Translations under genes and position numbers: made by a program
In this document: piece by piece, positions 23,636-37,379 of the stretch
Numbering within the stretch: position 1 is the stretch's first letter
Layout: each line of letters opens with the position of its first letter
Assembly (NCBI GenBank): GCA_028534125.1
Contig: CM052816.1
Location: 77,440,001-77,504,000 of the forward strand
From: Lama glama
Lineage: Eukaryota
DNA: 64,000 nucleotides
Direction of reading: 5' to 3'
The notes under the pieces: model-generated
Seen by the model: the letters and a program-made list of their open reading frames with translations, nothing else
What the model was told of the DNA's origin: nothing
Database searches by the model: none

Positions 23636-26600
23636 ACATTACACTAGAACGAACACTCCCATACCCAGAAAGAAAAGGGGTCCCGTGTGCCATCTTGGGG
23701 GTCAACCATTTCCATTGATCTTAGCTGGGCAACAGGATCTTTCAGAACTGGAAGGTAGGGCTGAGAAAAGAGTCTAGGGGACAGACAATACAGGGTATTG
23801 TTCTTTGAGAGATGGTCAGTTAACATTTTTATTCAGCCCTCCTCCCTTAGGCTGGAATAGGAAGCCCTACTCTCAGGATATGAGTTTTTCAAAGTGCTGC
23901 TCCATAGCGCCCCCATTTCCTCCTGGCGGGTTTGAGTAAGCACAGGTCCCAGCTGCCTTCACTCCAGGCACACCAGGCACCAGGCTTTATGGCTGTAACA
24001 ATTTTGGCAACAGAAACTGACTATTGTAGGTTGTTGATGCCTATTAGTTATGGGATGACTTGTTTAAAAAGACGAAGAAAAATGATATTAAAAACATAAA
24101 TCGAACTTAAAGACAATCCTGCTTTCAAAATAAGGTAAGACAAACATCTTTCTCACAAGAGCAAATGCGCCTTCCTCTAAGCAAAACAGCATGCAGATTA
24201 AACATGAAACTGAAGGAAATGACAGAAAGGGAGTGTGGGAAGCCTGCTTAGTGGGTGTGCTGCTGACCAGACCTCTCCTCCAGCACCACCAGGAAGAGGG
24301 AAATGGAAACATGGTCGGCAGGTGACCTGCAGGCAGGCGGGAAGGAGCTGGTCTCAGGCACCAGGCACATCTCTGGTGGAGCTGGGATAACTCACCCACC
24401 AGTTCCCCAGTTTTATTCATAACAGCCCACACATCAGCTGAAAATTCAAGCCTGTCGATGCCGGATTTAAACCTAAATGCAAATTCTCTTAAGCCACCTG
24501 CCTCCAGGCAGCACAGCTGGGGGCCAGGTGTCTTCACACAAAAAGCCAGGAGCCCCTGGAGACAGCTTCCCCCTCTCTTGTCTCTCTGTATCTTTCTATC
24601 ATTCTACCTCTCTCCCTGCCTCTCTCCCTGTCTTCCTGTGGGTCTCTTTCGTCTCTCCCTTTCTCACTCTCCATTTCTATCTCTGGATCTCCCATATTTT
24701 CAGAATTATTGAATTTCAGGAGAAAGAATTCATTCTGGTAATAAAAGAATTATGGACCACATGCATGAAGGGAGCTGGGTTTTAGCTTCAGGAGGTTGGT
24801 CTCTGTACATCTAGGGTGTTCTCCCTTGCCCTCTGCACATTCTAGCCAGTCTTGTACTAGTCTCATCAAAGTCAAGCTTCTGTGCATTTCATCTCATAAT
24901 ACCCTATCTGAAAAAAAACCTTCAAAGACCCTCCACTGCCTACAAGATAGATGTCTGGGCTCCTTGGTCAAGAATTCAAGAACTCCAGTGATCACAACTC
25001 CTCTTTTTCCATCAATTTTTTTTAAATTGAAATCTACTACCTCTGCCTTACTGACAGGTACTGCTGTGTGCTTCACATAATCCATTTCTAAACTTTACAA
25101 TCATTCTGTAAGGGAAACATGGTGAATTTCATTTTGTAGATGAGTCAATTGAAGTCAAGGAGGTTAAGCGGTTTGGCCAAGATCAAAGACTTTGTGGTGG
25201 GCAGAGCCTAACTCAAAGCCAAGTTTATCTGGTTGCCACTCTTTCAGTGCCTGTAAGAGAAGAAGCCACTGTGGAGGCAAGAAGAGCCCGGGATTTAGAA
25301 AATTAATATTTATTGATCATTTTTACTGTGCCAGGAGCTCTTCATCGATTGTTTCTATTAATCCTCACAAAATCCTGTGAAATTGAGATCACTACTCCCA
25401 TTTTACCACATGGAGATACACACCGAGACAGATTACATAACTCGCTCAAAGGCATGCAGACAGGAAACAGCAGAGCTAGATTTATCCTTGGTCTCTCTCT
25501 TGATTACATCATGCCATTTATAGTCTTACTCCAAATTGTGTTTTGGCTTTTTTCCCCATCCCAAAGTCTTAACGGCCAACCTCATCTACCAGTTGTCTCA
25601 TGAACACATCTTGTGTTTTCTTACCCCAGCACCTGGGTCAATGCTCTTCTCCACATTGCCTTCCTTTTCCCTCTCCCGTATCTTTATACATTGTCTACCT
25701 AGCCTTCCAGTTGCACGATTCTGTGGAGACAGAGCTGAATGTGTATCATCAAAATACCAAAATCAAGTGACATTTTAAAAAGTGAATAGCAGAATTTTCT
25801 GGGAAAAAATGATGACTTCAGAAAAGATGGAGTGGCCAAGACCCTTAGGACATTCCTTCATCTCCTCGTGGATGGAGCTATCTACCCACAAATAGGTGCC
25901 ACTAACCATGGACTCAGAATAACCTCGTACGTTTGATGGAGTCAGTGGATATTTAAGATGGTATTCACCCCTTCTGGACTCCTGGCCTGGGAATGTCGCC
26001 CTGGTATTTCCCAACTCAACTGTGAACCCCTTGAGGGCAGAAACCAAATTTTAGACTTCTTAATGTCCCTCTCCACCCTCCATTTAACTAACACAAAAAG
26101 CAAAACCCCCACTTAACCCACCCCGAAACCTTGAAGGAAACTCTTAAAGAAAAGGACCACAGATTCCTCGCTACAGCTATGAAATGGCACCATGATGAGA
26201 ATGGAAATGATTTCAGATTCTCTTCTGATTTCGACAGGTGAAATAAAGCATATATTGTTCAAGGGATAAAGTTCTTTGGTCTTTATACTCATTGCTTTTG
26301 TTTGACACTATATAACATCTCCTTAAAGCCAGAGGTTACTTTTCAGTTTGGGGAAGCGAAGAGTGTGAGATTAGCATGGGAAGAGAATACAGAATCACAA
26401 GGGCTTAGCATCACAGATATTCTGACTTGTAGAAAGACCTTGGAGATCAGCTAGCACAAGTCCATTTTACAGAGGAGAAAACTGAGGCTCAGAGAGTCCC
26501 TGTGACTTGCCTAGAGAGACAGCTCATTTGTGGTAGAGCTGATCTAGAATTCTGGACTCCTGATGCCGCATGCCAATACTCTTTGCAGCATCTCTCCTTG

Positions 26601-28949
26601 TCTCTCGTAATCATCCAGGCTAATCGTCATTTCCCATTTTAAGTAGGAAGGAAACGAGCAGAGAGAGGACCGGACACAGTACGACTTGAACACATCTGGA
26701 ATGAAGCTCACTGCTCTTGTTTCCTGTTGGCTCCACCACTTCAGGTCTCAGATCCATGGCTGACCTGAATTAGTTAACCAATGTTGTTTCCAAGTGAGCA
26801 CAGGATGTACAGTCCAAGCCGGTGCTAAGGATTCTCCCAGTAGCCTGGGATTACTGTAATTGAAGTCCATAACTTATCTCGCACTGCTTGGCACTTTGTT
26901 AATTAGGGAAAGAGAACATTAAAAAGGAGTCATTTATTTAGAACCAGAATAGTCAAGCCACTGACTGACTGCAAAACAAGTTCAAGGGTTATTTCACTAT
27001 GACAAAAACAAATACACAAAATACAGATTTCTATTAATAAATCAAGGGATGACTTTTATTTTACAAAAAAGTGTACGCTTATTTTTGTAAAGGCATCACT
27101 GGTTTCCTATAAGTAGAGAGTTTCTCTGATATATCAATATGGTATAGTTGGAAATACCACTGGTCACGGAATCCAAAACTTGAGAGATGGATGGACACAA
27201 ATGACTGTGTGACCTTGAACAAGAAACTTAATCTCTCCAGGTCTTGGGTTTCCTAATCCAATAAGGAATGGGATTGGATTTGATGACCTGAGGGCACTAA
27301 CATTCTGCAGCCTTAAAGTTTATACTTTTGGTTTAGACATGTTGCAGGCATCTGTCACTTCAAGCAAGGGTTGAAAAAAAAAATAACTCGGGTATTTTAC
27401 TTACATGGATGAAAAAGAAAAAAGGAGTTCATTCAGCATGGGGATTGTAGCTTTGTGTTCAATATTATAAGCCTCCTGGAAGATGTGACCTATCATTTAT
27501 TAGAATTCATCTTAATTCATAAGGACCAGTTGAATCAGGTCCCTTCTTTTAACAGCTCTTAGCAATGATGAGAGAGGAACACTTATCCTCCACTCCTGAA
27601 GCTGCAATCAGCTTCAGCAGAGAATAGTTTCCCAAAATAATGCCGCATCCTTGTCCAACCTTTTCTCCTCCCTACAGAGGTAGAGACAGAAAATTACATG
27701 CTGAGTAGAAGCATTTGGTTCATATTTCTGAACTGAGTGAAGCTAATCAATCAAAGGACCTGGAGGAGGGAGGAGGGATTTGGAGCAAATCTGGCCCCTC
27801 CCACCTTCCCGCTCCACCTGGACAAGTGGTAAGCAGCAACCTAGCAGGTGCGATTTCTCTGCAAACCCAAACTTTCCTTCAGGTGGGTTCCACAGTCTGG
27901 ATTGGGCAAAAGGGAGCCTGTAACTTAGCGTAAGCTATGTTCTCTGACCCAGCCTTTATCAGAAATAAGAATGGCATTTGATTCTTTATCTTTTGAGCAT
28001 GTTGTCTTATTTCCCAACTGGTTCAGAAAATGGAGAAAGAGAGAAGGTATCATGAATTGGGCATCCTCAAAACCCCAACATCAGCCTTGGCAACAGAGGG
28101 CTGCAGGGGGTCTGCAAGGATGCCAAAGGGGTCCTTTGCTTCTCTCTTTCCCACAAATAGTCCACCTGATTCTCTTCCTCCAACCTGAATGAACCTAACT
28201 AATCCCGGGGTACGTCTCTGTGGTGGAAGGGGTGGGACTGTTGGGAGAGCGCAGCTCTACAGGAACAGTTACAGGTAGATATACGGTTGCTCTTTTCTGC
28301 TCATCACGTTTCGCGAAACTCTTATCTGACCATAGCCAAGGATGGCACCCCAGGAACTAGGTGACTCATCTCAAAGCTTCTCTGACTCCTGCATCTTTAT
28401 GTCTGCACATGCAGAGGGAGCGCCAACTGTGCATCACCCCTGCAGAGTACTGAAGAAGAACATAAACCAGTCAACCAAGCACAACCCACTCTGTCTTCCT
28501 CCCTTGGAACCTCCCTTTCTAAAGATAATGGGGCTGTGGAGAGTAAAGCAGATGGCCAGAAACCAAGGTATCAGGCACCTGCTTCTCTACTACCTGCTGA
28601 TGGAGGAGATACACAGGCAAAGTATAACACGAGAGGCAGCTGTGAACACAGCAGGACCACCCAAGGCCATGTTTTCATCATGGTCGGCTAAAAATTTCAG
28701 GCTTGTTCTGTGGCAGTTCCTCAGGACTGGAGGTGGAGTGGGTGGTGTAAAATTTAGATAGGCAAGTAAAACATTTCTAAACAGCTGAAACAGTGGCCAG
28801 CAGTGTTATGTATACAGCAGGTACTCAATACATATTTCTTAGATAAGACAGTGAGTGAATGAATGTTTTCTATAAGAGCCAAATCTTCTTACAGGATGCT
28901 CTGCACACGGTCAATGCAAAATAAATGTTTGTTGAAAATCCTCGGCTTT

Positions 28950-29712
28950 AATCTGGTCAATGGCAATGCTCTAAGTGTCTAATCTGTATCTATCATGCTG
29001 CTTCTGTTGTGTTATGTTTGTTCACTTGTTTTGTTTTTTAGATTCCACATATACATGAAATTATACAGTACTTATCTTTCTCTGACATATTTCACTTAGC
29101 ATAGTACCCTGTAGGTCACATAGTATCTTTGTATGGGGACATACATAACTTGACTTAGCATGGTGATCACTCTGAAATGTACAGAAATATCAAGTCACTA
29201 TCTTGTGTAACAGGAACTAACAGTATTAGAGGTCAATTATGCTTTGAAAACAAACATAGAAAAAGCCATCAGATTTGTGGTTACCAGAGGTGGGGCGTGA
29301 GAGGAGAGGGAATTGGATGAAGGTAGTAAAAAGGGACAAATTTCCAGTTATAAGGTAACTATGTACTAAGGTTGTGGTGGACAACATGATAAATAAAATT
29401 AATTAACATGTTATGTTAATTATATATGAAATTAACATAAGCTGTTATTATATATGAAAGTTTATAATGTCTTATATATGAAAGTTGTTGAAAGAGTAAA
29501 TCTTAAGAGTTTCAATCACAAGGAAAAACGTTTTTTTCCATTTTTAAAAATTTTGTGTTTTGTATCTATATGAGATGATGGGTGTTCACTAAACATATTG
29601 TGATGCTCTTTTCATGACGTGTAAAAGCCAAATCATTATAGTATGCTTTAAACGTATACAGGGCTGTATGTCACCTAGATCTCAATAAAACTGGAAGAAA
29701 AAATTAAAAAAA
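28950..29712 (+). mobile_element. L1 3' end with inverted 5' segment (~28950-29117 minus, ~29118-29712 plus)
   Basis: Left part is a reverse L1 3' region (ttttttagattccacatatacatgaaattatacagtac...atttcacttagcatagtaccc). Right part is sense 3' UTR ending ctcaataaaactggaagaaaaaatt. Confidence 0.75.
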
Positions 29713-31054
29713 ATTCAAACATCCCAAATGGATTCACATTTGAAAAGCCTGCAGGGCTTTAGAAGAAGCCACGCTGTAGAAGAGACCATTGGTGAATAAT
29801 TGAGCTAGAGCGGGTCCCATTCGCAGCCCGTCACGATGAAAACATCCCCAACTTTGTGAATATTGTCATGAGAGTCAAGCCAATCTGAAATCGGGGAAAG
29901 GAGCCTGGCTTTGGTCCTCACTCTGACCCTGAATCCTACCCAACAATCAATTGAAAACCCCACAGAGCGTCTGTCACAGAGCAAGCCAGCCTCTCTCTGG
30001 ATCATGAGATTAATTGTGCCCAACAAACCTTTTCAAAATAAATGAAAACAAGAGTAATCCATTCTCATTTTCAAACAGATACTGTGGCATATGGATTAAA
30101 GCAAGACACAGAGAGAGGAGGAGCTGGGGGTGCCGCTGAGGGTTTCTAAACGTTGAAGCATCACAAAGCTTTCTCCATCACAGAGAAAATCATGCAGCGC
30201 CAACGCTGAGACTTCACTGTCTGAATGGAATTATCCAGTGGACTTGCCAAGGGTTGCTCTCTGAGGGGAGAATTTCTGCAGTGGTTGGAAACCAGCACCT
30301 TGAGAAAATACCACTTGGCTGAAATTTGCCGAGCAAGGGAAGAGGAGGTTGGGGCAGAGCGGGACGGACTCCTGGAGGCAGTGGGTAGGGCTGGGATCCG
30401 TCTGCTGGGGTGGAGGCCTCACGCTCTGAAGCCAAGAGCCATAGGCAGAGAGGCTGGCTGGGGCTGGGCTGTGGAAGATGTTGGGATAAGGAGAGTGGCC
30501 TTTCTCTTTACCAGGAGAGTAAGGTGGTTTTACGTTAGCCCAGCAGGGGGTGCAGGGGGCTCTACTTTCTGCCTCTGCAGCCCTGTATCTTTTGGCCTCC
30601 TGTACACCCTCAAGGAGCTCTCTCAACACTCAACCCAGAAAACTTTCTGCCTGGAGTATCTTGTTCCTCACCCTCTGTTCCTTTGGAGAACTCCCCACTT
30701 AATTCTTACCAGCCATACCCAACATCATCTCATTATGGAACCTCTGCCAATCCAGCTCCCAGCTCCCTGATCCACAAAATCAACCCTTCCCCTTCTCCAT
30801 GCTGCAGGGCACCTCTGTGTGCTGCATATCACTGTCTGTTCACTGGACTGGATCCTGGACCCCAGCAGGCAAAGACTGGCTCAATTCTCTTCGAGAAGGC
30901 TGTGGCCAGAAGAACTATTTGTGAAACTAAGTCATCCTTTTGGTGACTTCTCTCCAGAATACTCCCTCACGCTACGCCTTTCAGTGCTCATATGTAGTCT
31001 ATATGAAACTGTATTCAATTTCCTTATGTATTTGATTCAGTATTATTCAAGCCA

Positions 31055-31290
31055 CATCTTTCAAACCCATTAGCAGAGACTAAAAACAACTCACTAGGGC
31101 CTGACTACCTTTTTAAAAAATGGAACCAAATGATGTAAAAAATACAAAGCTCTGCATTTAGCACAGCTGAGTACTGCTTTGTGAGGCATTTGTACATTCA
31201 CACGTGTATTTCCAGACGTGTGTGTGCACTGGGCTGCTGTGCAAATGGTAGACTCTTACTGTGGGCTGCATTCCAAAAACGTTTGATAAA
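31055..31290 (-). mobile_element. hAT-Charlie relic (MER113-like)
   Basis: Reverse similarity to the copies at 52575-52830 and 53010-53270 (cacagtaagaaat..., gacccagtacacac motifs). Confidence 0.4.
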
Positions 31291-31397
31291 AATTCTTCAC
31301 TTTAGTTAATTTTTTGAATGCCATTGAATTTTCCAGCCTGACTGCCATTTTATTTTAAGCAAGGATTGGATTTTCTAATTTTACTTTTGTCTTATAG

Positions 31398-31650
31398 TGC
31401 AAGTGTCTCAGCCTTGGCACTACTGACACTTGGGCTGGATCACTTTTTGTTGTGTGTGTTGTGTGTGTGTTGCGGTGGCGGGGGGCGGGTCAGGTGGTTC
31501 TTCTGCACACTGTAGGATGTTTAGCTGCATCCCTGGCCTCTCTCCACCAGTAGCACTTTCCCCCCTGGCTGTGACAGCCAATAAACGTCTCCAGAAATTG
31601 CCAAGTGTTTCAATAGGGGGCAAAAGTCACCTTCAGTTGAGAGCTATACA
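31398..31650 (+). mobile_element. MER20 hAT-Charlie element with a (TG)n expansion
   Basis: ctcagccttggcactactgacacttgggctggatc...ctgtaggatgtttagctgcatccctggcctc...tgtgacagccaataaacgtctccagaaattgccaagtgt...ggggcaaaagtcacc. Confidence 0.88.
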
Positions 31651-32389
31651 CTGTGGTACCCAAAATAATGCTGAACATTCAGGCAGATTTTAAGACATGC
31701 ATAAAATAGGTCTGAAACAAAGATCCTGTTGCCTATTGCAACAAAAGATCTGAGACGCCTGATCCTCAAAGTTTCTTAATTTCCATCAGGTTTACAACCA
31801 GGTCCCTACAGACCGCTGTCTGCCTTCACAGAATGCCATCAGTCTAACCAAAGGATTTCCATGAGGGCTGAGTCCAGAAGGATCCAGCACGTATTCAGGG
31901 TCAGAAGATATTCTTGGAGGAACCGAGAGAGGAGAAGGAATCCCAGCACTTCCGGCTGAAAGACATAGAGCCTTACAGCAGAAGAAGCATCTCAGGAAGC
32001 TCGTGGGGAAGGTTCCCACTTGGGATCATGGAGCAACAGTCCCCCTGCTCGAAAAAGGAGCTACAAGCATCCAGGAGATGGGTGCGAAACGGTGTCAGGT
32101 GGCAAGAAGTGAGACTGCTCTTACCTGGAAGGGTCCGACCACACATGCAAGTGGAGTCTCTGCTCAGAGAGGTGGGTAGGGAATGCCAGGAGCACTGGAC
32201 AGAGAATCCCGTGAATCTAGCAACACTATGGTGACTAACTGTGACCTAGAACTAGTCACATAATCTGGTGATATTTCAGTTCCTTATCAGAAAATTGTGG
32301 AAATTTGGCTAGGTCCTTAAACCACCTGCTGGTTTCAAATCCCATGATTTTGGTTGGCTTTGCACAATATAAAATTGCCTCTCTATTGG

Positions 32390-33010
32390 TCTTCCTTCCT
32401 CTCTGCTGATTTCCACACCGTAGCTATAGCAAGCCTGCTTAAAATGTGGATCAGATCAGATCATTCTGCTGCTCAAAACACATTAAGATCTTTGCGTCTA
32501 ACTTAGAATAAAACCTAAAGTCCTCACCAGAATCTACAAGATTGGATGCGATCTAACCCCTGGCCTCGGGATACATTTCTGACCTCATTTCCCATCATTC
32601 ATCTCACTTACTGTGTTCCTTACTATTCCTAGGATATCCCAATCCTGCTCTTACCCCAGGACCTTTGTACTTGCTGCTCCCATCCTAAGGAGGGACTCTG
32701 CTCAAATCTCTGTTGAAGGGAAGCCTTCCTTGGTAGCCTATCCCAAACAGCAGCTCCCACATCCTCTATACCCTCTCACCCCTTCTCTTCCTCTTGGCAC
32801 TTATCATTAAAGACACATTATTTATGTACAATAACATTATAAACACTCATTTTATTATCTATCTGAGACTGATTCTCCCACATATAAACTCCACAAGGGC
32901 AGAAATTGTCTGTCTTACTTACTGCTAAGTCCCCGGCACCCAGAAACTGCCTGGCATATTACAGGCATTAAATACACATTTTAAAAAATGAATTGGTAAA
33001 TGAATGCTTA
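32390..33010 (+). mobile_element. L2 LINE 3' fragment
   Basis: tcagatcattctgctgctcaaaac...agaataaaacctaaagtcctcac...aaactccacaagggcag...cctggcatattacaggcattaaata...aatgaatg. Confidence 0.75.
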
Positions 33011-33562
33011 AACAAATGAAATAATCACTCTCAACTCAGAAAATAAATTCTTTCCTTTCTTAAGCATCATCAAGACATTTTGCAGATTAATGTAAATAAT
33101 TGCCAGTGGTGATGTATGAAGCAAAACCAAAACAAACAATCAAAAAAGGTCTGACTTAACTTTAAGTTGTTGGTAGCTTTTCTGATCTCATTCTTCTATT
33201 TTCCATTGTTCCAGTTCTTTCTGAATTTGACAGCCCTTTATTTTATTTTATCTTAGAGAGAAATTTATTGTCTTCAGTTCTTTCTACTATTAGGGCTCAG
33301 CATTGATTATAAGTCACATATTATTAAGATCTCAAATCACTGAAGATCTCAATTTCTGCTTGTGAACTCTTTTTTCTGATTGCAAAAAATAAAATCTAAA
33401 ATTAGTTGCCCTCTCTCATTTTGGTGGGACTAGTTAATCATGGGAGAACTCAGTCATCTGAGGCAACGTAATGGAACTTCTCGATTTTGTCCTCATTTCT
33501 ACCACGGCAAGGAACTCCAAACTGACTTTAAAGGGCTCTTTGGGCTCTAAAAGTCTGTGAAC

Positions 33563-33582
33563 TACCGCCATCTGCTGGGTGA
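33563..33582 (-). promoter_or_regulatory. Candidate CTCF binding motif
   Basis: Minus strand TCACCCAGCAGATGGCGGTA fits the CTCF core CCASYAGRKGGCRS. Confidence 0.5.
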
Positions 33583-34659
33583 CTTGTGAACTACTGCCAT
33601 CTGGGACTCAGTCTTTGTCCTTCCTCCCGAGGAGCTGTTGTTGGTTATTCCCTAATTTTTGTGATCTTCAGAATCTGATGGTCTCTGGAATCCCTCCATG
33701 ACCACGTGGTCAAGACTACTGATGGCAGAAACATTTCACTGGGCCATAATGGACACACACATTTTTAAATATGGCAGATGCTATGGTTGAGGTTAGATGG
33801 CAACACTCTTGGCTCACCATGCAAGTGGGAATGAGAAACCAAAACCACCCGAACTTCCACTGAGACCTGAGCTTCAAAAATGGATAGTTTCATCCTTACA
33901 GCTGATGAGGCTTTTTGTTTTGTTTCGTTTTAAGATTTTTGTCTCAAAAGTGTGTATGAACACCCTGCTTTAGTATGGGTAGTATCCATCAAACATTCAC
34001 TAATGGTTGAAATAGCAGGAAGACAGCTGGGCTTCAAACGTTGTCCACATCATGAATGGGTTGTACACATTAGTTTATCCATCGATAAACACAGCAGAGA
34101 GATAACTAACAGTCCTGACCCACCCCTCCTTCACAGAGATAGCAAAAGGCTATCTCCTGGACAAGCCAAAAGATAAGTCAGGGGAGTATCAAGTGGCCCA
34201 GCTTTGCACACAATATTGAAACAATCTAAATGTCCATCAACAAAGAATTAGTTAAATAAATATGGTAGAGCTTTACAATGAAATACACTGTGGTCATTAA
34301 AATTAATGATGTGTCTCTATATTTATTTATATTTAAAGCTGTGTTCAGTATTTTGTCACATAGGAAAAGTATATGTACTATGATTTCATATTGGATTTTC
34401 TGAAATTCTGTTAAACCAAATGATGATGGATGATGATAAAGCAGAATGTTAACAGTGGTTCTGTCTGAGTGCTGAGATTAGAGATCATTTTCGTCTTGAT
34501 TTTTTACATTTTTTATGTTGTTCATTTTTTTCCTCGTAACAATTATGGATTACTTTTACTATTTAGAGACAACAGCAAAAAAACCTACTTCTGCTCTGGG
34601 GTTATGGCAATGGTTTCCTTCATTGGACTTGCTGCTCTTGCCCTTGGCCGTCTACAACC

Positions 34660-35290
34660 CTTCTTTCACACGCCAGTGAGAGTGGTTTTGTTGAAAACTA
34701 AGTAAATTCTTGTTGCCCCTCTAGTCAAGCCCACCCCGCCCCCCAACTTCCCCAGTCTTCCCATCTCTTTCTGAGAAAAAGCAAAATCCAATGGCCTCCA
34801 ATGACCTCTCAGGTCTTGATCAGCCTCCACCAGCTATGAGCTCCTTCTCTCTCTGACCTCATGTCTTTTTCCTCTTCGCCCTCACATCCCCATCACCTGG
34901 GCACAGAGGCACCCCCAGTTCTTCCATGAACACCCCAGGATGCTCCTGCATCAGGGCCTCAGTACTCACCTAGGGCACTCTCCCCCAGGTAGATGGCTAG
35001 ATGATAGAATCGTTAATAGATAAATCAATCGATCCAGGTATATATATCCAGAGAGTTCACTCTGTCCTTCTTACTGAAACATCACCTTCTCAGGAGGCTT
35101 TCTCTGACTGCCCATCCCCATCCCTGTTTCGTTTTCCTCCATACTCCTTCCTGTTCACTTCTGCCCTGACCAGAATGTAAGGTCTGTGAGGCGAGGGGTT
35201 CCTTTGGCCTGGTTTGTTGACTGCTGAATCTCCAGCATCTGAAACAGTGCCTGGAACAGAGCAGGCATTAAATATTTGTTTGAAAGAGTA
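34660..35290 (+). mobile_element. L2 LINE 3' fragment
   Basis: cacacgccagtgagagtggttttgttgaaaactaag...ccagaatgtaaggtctgtgagg...aacagtgcctggaacagagcaggcattaaatatttgtt. Confidence 0.7.
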
Positions 35291-35659
35291 AGTGGATCTG
35301 TCTTAAAATAATTTGGGACACTGATTCTTAGAGAACAGGAACCCTGCTAACATTAGGTATCAAGTTGAAAACAAGGTAATCACCAAACTGGGCTCTTGCC
35401 CAGGTTCTGCCACCAGGTGACTTGGGAAAAGTTGCTGAGACCTTCTGGGCCTCAGTTTCCTCATGTGCTGAATTTCCAGCTCCACTAGTTTACAAACTCT
35501 CAGTAAACAAATCTGGGGCATGAGGCCTGAGTATCTCTTATGTTCAAGCAAATAATCTAAATAGGCAAAGATGGAAGAGATAAGGCTGTGCTCTCTACGA
35601 GCAAAAGACCAAAAAACAATCCACATTTTTGCAACCCATTTAAAAATCACCATCCTCAT

Positions 35660-36020
35660 TATCTGAGATGATACTATGGCTTCTCACGGTAGATTCCGCC
35701 TTCTGATCTACCTCTGCCTGGGGCCCAGGGCAGCCCACCTGCCTGGCTTCCTGCTGTGTCCTGCCCATTGGAGGCACCTGCAGGGGAGTGAAGGCGGGAG
35801 GAAAGGAGTCAGAGTATTTGTTCTCCAACTTCCACCCTGGGAGGCTGTCATGGGACACAGCCCTTGCCGGATGGCCCTCCCTGTCTGTCTCCAGAAGCTG
35901 GTAATTGCCTCCTCTTGGTTTCTTTGCAACCACCCAAATTTGCAAACAGTCTCTTCTCTAAACTCACTTTATTTACCTAATTGCATGTGCTTCTGTTTCC
36001 TGCTGGGAGCCTGGTGACAC
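35660..36020 (+). mobile_element. ERVL-type LTR relic (LTR33-like)
   Basis: ggcttcctgctgtgtcctgcccattggaggcacctgcagggg...gtcagagtatttgttc...ctgtttcctgctgggagcctggtgaca. Confidence 0.5.
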
Positions 36021-37379
36021 TTGAGATCATTAGAAAGTCATCTTTTCTCCCTTGGTTGCTTCTCATTTGCACGCATTTGTTTCATATTTGGTTGTGTAAT
36101 CAGACAAGACCCATCAGACTCAGCCAGCATGTGCTGCGTCCCCTCTTAGGCCTGTCACTGGGTCCAGCTGATTTCATATACAGCCTTCTCTGTGCCAGAC
36201 CACGACTGGGGCCCTGGTCTCTCACCAGAGCACCTAAGTGATTCAGGGATTTAGATGCTAAGATCCCAATGGAAAACTATGTAAAAGCAAGAAGTGCTCC
36301 AAAGGAAAGAACAGAAAAGATTAACTGTGAAGTGATGCGTATAAAGGAAAGAGAACAAAAGCGAGTGATAGGGAAATAGAAGGAAACAAAAGGAAAGACA
36401 GTTAAGAACATTTGGGTATTACTCACTTCAACATATTCAAGTTTAAAACTCCACTGAGACGTTGCAGAGTGAATAGTATTTGGTCGTTCACCACTGGGGC
36501 CGCAAGACTCCAGCAGACTGACTGAAGAGATGCTACAGTTGACACTAGAGCACCCCAAGTGCCTTTTATTTTGGAAATTATGTTTTCTTATCATTTGTTT
36601 TAATCTTTTTTCCCTATATAGCCAGAGGGGGTAAAACATCGGTGCACACATTATAAGGAAATGTATGGTGATGTAAGATGTACAGAGGCCTCAGAAGAGC
36701 AATTAATAGGTAGCAGGTATTTAAACAGCAAAGTGAATCTTTCCCTTTAGAACCAATAAAGCTGCACAAATGAGTGTTACTCGGATTTATGCACGCATCG
36801 CGGCATTAGCAGATCAATATAGTGATTACCGGGGAGGGCACCTGAAAGTACAGTCACACCTGAAGTTATCTTTATGCACAAGCTGCGCATTTAAAATGCA
36901 GAATTTGTCTAAGCCAGGAGTGAAACAGATGCTTTCTTCTTCCTCCTGCTCGCTGTTTTGTCTTACATTCAAAAGATTTACAAATCCACGAAATGCACCA
37001 ATTTATAGCCCTATCCTAAGCTCCTGAAGCAAATGCCAAGCAAAGCCTGTTTCTCAGCGCTGTCTGTCTGTCTGCCTGTCTGTCTCTCAGCACAGACCTG
37101 TCTGAATATAGTTAAGCCACAGGCTCTCCAGGTCTCTTATTTACTTCAGAACATTCATGTGAGCATTTAAAGTGCAAGGATTTCTATCAAGGGGACAATT
37201 TCCTCAGGCTGCACAATGAATTGATTCCTGCCAATTTGGACCAAATTGCTATCAAAGAGAGGAGTCCCCAAACTTCCTGGAGAATCTCCTAAAATGTGGG
37301 GAGAAAACCCCAGCAACAGACTGCAGAGGTCAGCAAACTATGTCCCATGGGCCAAATCTGGACCCACCTGTTTTTATAC

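Noticed and set aside
23600..27450. Alternative first exon of a short EGFLAM isoform in intron 6 (recalled for human)
   Set aside because: Donor-like sites exist on the minus strand (near 24325 and 27403), but I found no in-frame ATG or promoter evidence to support either.
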